Part shown: positions 55,468-64,000 of the stretch, piece by piece | Numbering within the stretch: the first letter of the stretch is position 1 | How the letters are laid out: the number at the start of each line of letters is the position of its first letter | Assembly (NCBI GenBank): GCA_012295275.1 | Contig: CM022665.1 | Span: 19,406,001-19,470,000, forward strand | Length of the DNA stretch: 64,000 bases | Source of the DNA: Chrysomallon squamiferum | Lineage: Eukaryota > Animalia > Mollusca | Direction: 5' to 3' | Notes under the pieces: model-generated | Seen by the model: only the letters and a program-made list of their open reading frames with translations | What the model was told of the DNA's origin: nothing | The model's database searches: none | Translations under genes and position numbers: made by a program

Positions 55468-57000
55468 GGAAAAAAGTCACAGAAAATAAGTCGCATTTTT
55501 TAATAGGAAATATAAAGTCACAGAAAATAAGACAACTGTTTTTGTTTTTTTTATATATATATATATATAGATGTCACTATATTTAGTTCAACAGTTCGGT
55601 AGCATTATGACATTTTTTTAATCTCTTCACAAATTCAGATGGGTTAAACGGATATTCCAACCAACACAGTTTTACGGCCATGCACACGATCTTCGCCATA
55701 AGTTGCGTAGGCGCTCCTGAAGCTGCTCATAAGTCTTTAAAATAAAATAAAAATTCTGAAGCCGGGCTCCGACTGCATACTGTCTCAGAATGGTGTCTAC
55801 TGAACCTTCTTCTAGCTGGAATCACTCGATGATTCGCCGCATCGTTAGATGGTGATGGCTAGCAAGCTTGAAGAACTTACTGTTCCACCCGTCGCAGATG
55901 TTGTCGGTTCTTGGACTGTTATTCATTATCAAGCATATTCCAGAGTTCAGGAGGAAACATGGCTGGAACGCGACGCAGTCTCGACATAAGGTTCTGAGGT
56001 TGTCCGGGCTGGTCTGCAGGCTGCCGATTCTGGCGAAAATAACCACTGATGTAGGTCTGGCCAAAGTAGATCATCTGACTCGGGTGGGGACTGTAAACCT
56101 TCCCGTACTTCATTAATTGGTAAGACTGCTAAGCCGTCCAGCATGTTCAAAGTGTCAGCATCAGCAAGATGTCGCAGCAACCCTCACTGGTCCCAAAACA
56201 CCAGCATACAGTCATTATAGTGTGCACAACTGTAACAGAAAATAAAGTGCTCAGGATTAGGATTCCCAGTTTGCTGAAATGTTTCCGATTAGTCACCAAA
56301 GTGTTCTAGGAACTGGAGGAGCAGATGTCATCGCACGAATTTCATCATGACACTGGGCGAGGGCTTGAGTTAGGATCTGGCCGGGTTTGTGTCTGGTGTT
56401 GGCAGCCTGGGTCTTCTTTGCATTTCGAACCTTAGCGAATTGGACCTGTGCTTCATCTGCAGCATGGCTGTGGGTTTGCGAACTGTAAATATATTATCAT
56501 GCTGCCACGACGCTGACCACTGGACCTTTTAACACACTTCCACCACAACTTGTCTTATCGCGCAGAATGCTTGGTATACATAATGATAAAACCATCCAAG
56601 CAGATCTTAGTGCCGCCGCTATTACTCTGTATGACTTGTATTGCTGAACTTAGAACTAGGCATTACAAAAATGAAAAACCCTATTTATGTGCATAAAGTG
56701 TTGGTTGGCAAGGTTAATTGACAATTCCCCATCTTAACTGGCAGTACTCTACTTCAGGTGCGAATTGTAAGTCTTCTTACCTGACATAGGTGTATGAAAG
56801 GAATATACGGTTACTTATGACAATACACTACCTTAATTGGCAGACTTCAACACCTCTTACCTGACACAGGTGTCTGATCAGCAAAATATTAAATATATTT
56901 ATCAAAATAACAGAACAAACAAATAAAAATATAAATAATGTTTTGTGATGCTTTTTCTGTGACTTTTTATATGTGATTTATTTTCCTGTGACTTTTTTCC
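55468..57000 (-). mobile_element. MULE (Mutator-like) transposon with TIRs and decayed FLYWCH + transposase
   Basis: Inverted ends GGAAAAAAGTCACAGAAAATAAG and TTATTTTCCTGTGACTTTTTTCC. Minus frames give GGTKICLDGF..YTKH...LWWKCVKR (FLYWCH), MLDGLAVLPINEVREG, YFGQTYISG...PAMFPPELWN and PRTDNICDGWNSKF..HHH (MULE C-terminus). Frameshifts and stops present. Confidence 0.85.
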
Positions 57001-57012
57001 ATTCACTATCAT

Positions 57013-57043
<31 letters not shown>

Positions 57044-57059
57044 TTGAAGTATATTATTT

Positions 57060-57172
57060 ATTGCGAATGAGTCAGCGTGATTTGCATTCCGTATTTTATA
57101 TCAAAACGGTCTCGCGTAACCTCGACTTTTTCCGTTAGTAGATATTGTGCATATCGAAACTAGCAAGGCGCA
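57060..57172 (+). promoter_or_regulatory. NSUN4 core promoter / 5'UTR
   Basis: CpG-containing stretch directly upstream of ATG 57173, with a TCTCGCG motif near 57110 resembling the housekeeping TCTCGCGAGA element. Confidence 0.4.
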
Positions 57173-59623
<2,451 letters not shown>

Positions 59624-60469
59624 GTTATGAAAAAGTGTTATTTCTGTCCTGAAATTAAAAAAAACCTTTATATGTTACTTTAAGACATACTTCCAAGTGA
59701 ATATAAAAAATTTAAGTTTATCTTGTTTGTATTTTACTTGAAAATAAATACACTTCAGAAACAAACTGGACTTTTTGTTTGTTTATTTTTTAGATATTGT
59801 TTTTTATTATTATTGTTATATTCTTCAGGTTAGTATTTTTAAAACCTAACAAATCTAGTACAGCATTTCAAAATTATTTTAAAGTGAGAGTAAAAATGTA
59901 CCTGTTTTAACAAATGATTGAAAACTTTATTATGTTTATAAAATACAATTACATGAATTGTGAGGTTAAGTGAAATAAGTAATATTTTTCATGCATCAAA
60001 AGTCAGTAATCATAATTTAAAATTCAGATTAATTTTTAGAGAATGTTTATGCTTTCATTTTAGCAACAAGTATAGAATTTATTACACTGTATCAATTATC
60101 AATCTGGGGTGGCTCGGATAGACCCAAGATTACATAAATTGTATAATACTATCATTCAAATGAGTTATTTCAGCATATGCAAGTTTATATATATGTAATA
60201 TATATATATATATATATATATATTCTGCTTGAGATGTAAATAAGATGTTAATTTGTTTTAATAACCCTCATCCTCTCCACCCTTTTCTTTGAGAACGGGA
60301 GCATGACAGTTAGAATAAGATTTTTATATTATTGTTATTGTTAACCTTATTCTTCGTCTTATTATTTTATTTTATTTATTTATTTATTTTTTATTTTTTA
60401 TTATTATTATTATTTTTTATTTTTTTGAATTGTTTCCCTTTGATAAATTTTTGGTTCTTGAAAACAAAA

Positions 60470-60499
60470 ATTCCCAACTTCCGGTAAGGAACTGTGACA
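60470..60499 (+). promoter_or_regulatory. ETS-type motif at the DDX10 promoter
   Basis: ACTTCCGGT at about 60477-60485, just upstream of the DDX10 ATG; typical of housekeeping promoters. Confidence 0.45.
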
Positions 60500-63400
60500 A
60501 TGAATTCGAAACATAATACAAAAGTTTCCAAGAATAAAAAGAATAAATATTCTTTTAAAGGCCATAAAGGGAAAATAAAAAAGAAGGAGATATATAAATC
60601 CAAACCTAAATCATCGGCAATTATTGATAAGGAGGTTTCTGAATTGAAAAGCCGATACGAACTGGTAGGTTGACCACGATTCTAGAAACACGTGCTTATT
60701 TCTTTTTTTTTTTTTTTGTTTGTTTGTTTGGGTTTGTTCTAATTAGTGCTTCTGTTTTGTTTTTTAAGGTGTTTATTTCAAGTTTGAGAAATAGCCTGTT
60801 ACTGACATTTTCATGATAATGTTAACAGTTCCGTTATATCATGTTTATTTCCTGCTTAAAATTGAAATTGTCAATTGACATCAAGATCAAGTGAATAGCA
60901 GTAATTTCAAATCTCCTAATACTAATAGGTGCTTATTTTCGTCCAGTTAAACACTATTTTAATGTCAGACGTAATTTATTATCCATTTTTTTTCTTTTTT
61001 CTTAAGTTAATGTATTCGGTAGGGGTACTAGACTTGACAGAGACCAGTGCAGTCATAAAAATGTAGAGGAAACAGTATGCCTGCTAGTTCTAATGCCAAG
61101 GCAGCCTCAGTTAATTCAGTGATCTGCCCTGTGTCCATATCCCTTTTTTCTGATTGCACAAATAGAAAAATAGTCATACACTTCTGTTTTGCCAACAGTC
61201 AATATTTGTAATGAAGTGTAGAAATATAGTTGCTTTTAATTATGTGTATATAATTAATTTTTCAGTGTAAATATGAACACTTGTAATCTAATATAAGCTG
61301 CTGATATTATGGTACATTCTTAGATTCTATTGTTATTTCATTTCTGTTTCTTTTTTAGATCAACTCCAAAGCTATAACAAATTTTGCAGATTTCCCCTTG
61401 TGTAAGAAAACACTTGAAGGTAAAATTCAGAAAGAAGGCACAGCAAAAAAAATCAGGCATATTTGTTACGTCTTTAAAAAAGAATAATAAATAATAAAAA
61501 TTTAGATATAATTTATGTGTGTTTGTGTGTATGTAATTAATATTTGTCACAATTTAAAAACTATTTATCAAACAATTACAGCATTAAATATACAGTTTGT
61601 ATATTTATATTACAAATATTGTTTATAAAGTGCAGGTAGACTTTAGAATTTACAGTAAAATAAGAAAAAAAACACCTAAAATTATAATAAATATGAAAAC
61701 ATCTCATCACTGTATTGATATCATAGGACTGCAGGATGCCAAATATAATGTTCCAACAGAAATACAGAGGGAATCAATTGGATTGGCACTACAAGGACAT
61801 GATATTCTTGGAGCTGCACAGACAGGATCAGGGAAAACACTGGCCTTTCTTATACCTGTTAGTATATCTGTTCTAATATTTTTGTAATGAAAACATAATG
61901 TTAAATAATTTCCCCTGTAATAAAAGTGTTTTATTTTTAAGAGCCATTGTCACAGTGATAGCAAAAGGAAACTGATAAATCATTTCAAAACCCAGATGAT
62001 GATGATGTGCATAGATCTTACGTTCCTAAATTCCTAGTAGAATGCATACTTAAATTATTATTTATGTTTAACTTTAAGAACGTTTTGAAATGTTCTTCTT
62101 TCTCCTTGTTTTCTTCTAAAGAAATTGCTCTATTTTAGGGTCAGACATAACATATCAAATAATACACAAACCCATACATGTGCACTCACTCACACACACA
62201 CTCAGATTATGTATCCTCTTTCAGTCTCTACTTTATTATTTTTTCAGATACTGGAATGTCTGTACAGATTAAAATGGAGTCAGATGGATGGAATGGGTGC
62301 TCTGATTATCTCACCTACCCGAGAACTTGCTTACCAGACTTTTGAGGTCTTGAAGAAAATAGGAAAGTTGCATGATTTTTCTGCTGGTCTTGTCATTGGA
62401 GGAAAGGTGAAAAAAAAAATAATTTATGCATACCGTATTTTCATATAGCTACTGTGCTCCAACTTTCTTGTCATGTATTCATCAAGGCTTTTGTGGACAA
62501 TGTTCCTTGATTTTAATTTCTTGTTGGTTTTTTGACAATGACAGTTGTGGCTTTTTTTTATCACATCTGTGATTTTTTGCAATATTTTTAATACATTTCT
62601 GAAAACATTTCCTTGACAACCTAAAGATCACAAATTGTGATCAGTGATATTATTCTAGAAAATGTAATTAATAACAGTTTATGAGTAATGCAGTTGAAGT
62701 TGATAATTGCCTCAGTGTACTGAACTGATATTCTATATATATATTTTTTTTTTATAGTTCCTGAGAGAAGAGGCGGAACGAATCACACACACAAACATTG
62801 TGATTTGTACACCAGGTCGACTGCTTCAACACATGGATGAGACATACAACTTCACTGCAGACTTCTTGCAGATTCTCGGTTAGTTACAACACATCAGAAT
62901 AGAAAATGGTTGTCCAATTTGATATGTGAATTTAGTTAAATTATAATAATAAACAAAAATTGTTTCTATTCATGTATATTAATATGGGTAGAAGTCATGT
63001 CAGCAGTCTCTCTACTTTGTGCAAGAGATGGCAGGCCCACCATCACTTACGGCTTACAACGAGTTTGCCCACCATTCAACAGCAACAGCAGCAATATGCG
63101 CCACCCATTTATTTAGTGAACTTCGTTTTGTGTAATAAATTAAACAGACACTTTGATTTTATTTAATTGCAAATAAAATAAACTTGTTAATAGTTAATGC
63201 ATTAATGCAATTATTTATAGGAGTATTTTTGACAAACAAGTAATTTGAACTGAGTTCAAAGTGCTTGTGCCCTGAACATTTTCTATACCATCCCTTCATT
63301 AACTTGCACCAGTCACACCCATTCCCACCATCCCTTTCACAAATGCTGGAGAGACAAATGCATGTCCATATACAATGAACTAAAAAAGTTTAAGGAATAT

Positions 63401-63755
63401 TTGTTATCTTTGTTTGAAGACATGTATTTTTTTCAGTATTTGGGTGACTTAAATACATTAATTTCACAATAGGTAATTTTTTTTTTCATGATTCTGATTT
63501 ATGAGTGAATGTATATAATTTATTTCTTTACTCATTTGTAGCGGTTGGTGACTGGTGATAATGGTTTCTTATGTATCCAATAGCAATAAAAAGAACAAAA
63601 GATTGAAACCATAGTAATTTAAATCTCTTCACTGTTTCAGTACTTGATGAAGCAGACAGAATTCTTGACATGGGGTTTGCTCAGACAATGAATGCTATAA
63701 TAGAAAACTTGCCTGCACAGAGACAAACACTGCTGTTCTCAGCAACACAGACAAA
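60500..63755 (+). CDS. DDX10: ATP-dependent DEAD-box RNA helicase DDX10 (Dbp4), first 6 exons; gene continues past the right edge
   Basis: Exons: 60500-60664, 61359-61419, 61727-61857, 62248-62406, 62758-62878, 63641-63755. Q motif FADFPL...PTEIQ, motif I AQTGSGKT, Ia [23 protein letters not shown] (DDX10-typical), Ib [33 protein letters not shown]. Confidence 0.94.
62990..63095 (+). mobile_element. Probable SINE 3' fragment (related piece at 12488-12570)
   Basis: Shared GCAAGAGATGGCAGGCCCACC / GCTAAGGGATGGCAGTCACCC core followed by a trinucleotide tail ((CAA/CAG)n here, (GAA)n at about 12560). Confidence 0.35.
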
Positions 63756-64000
63756 GTTGGTTTTACATATTTATTTAACTTTATAAAATTCTTGTCAGCT
63801 CAGTCATATTCAAAGTTTTCTAATTAGATTGAAATCATTTATTTTTAATTTTAAAAATGTCATAGCTTTGCATCCAGTTACATCAAAAGGATATTGATAC
63901 CTAAAGAGGTAAAGAAGTATATAAATAAAAATATTTTCTTTCACTTGCTTAGATTGTACTTTAAATCTTAAAATTATAGGAATAAATTAACTAAGTATAG

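Overview
AT-rich, intron-rich animal genomic DNA, probably an invertebrate such as a mollusc (inferred from composition and repeat types only). Four spliced protein-coding genes were reconstructed by hand with consistent GT-AG phases. They are a mitochondrial-clan cytochrome P450 (minus, last exon off the left edge), a Rabin8/GRAB-type Sec2-domain Rab GEF (RAB3IP-like, minus, complete), the mitochondrial m5C methyltransferase NSUN4 (plus, complete) and the 5' part of the DEAD-box helicase DDX10 (plus). About 34 kb between the P450 and the Rab GEF has no recognisable gene. Decayed transposons (Academ, MULE, hAT, Tc1, LINE, SINE, possible Helitron/HINE), microsatellites and a 1.3 kb (GCTGT)n satellite are spread through that gap and the introns. 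I found no convincing novel biological system. The best leads are a MULE element sitting in the RAB3IP/NSUN4 head-to-head promoter, a CpG-depletion domain running about 8 kb past the RAB3IP stop, a stop-free in-frame intron in NSUN4, a near-perfect 252 bp duplication and a few unexplained coding-like islands.
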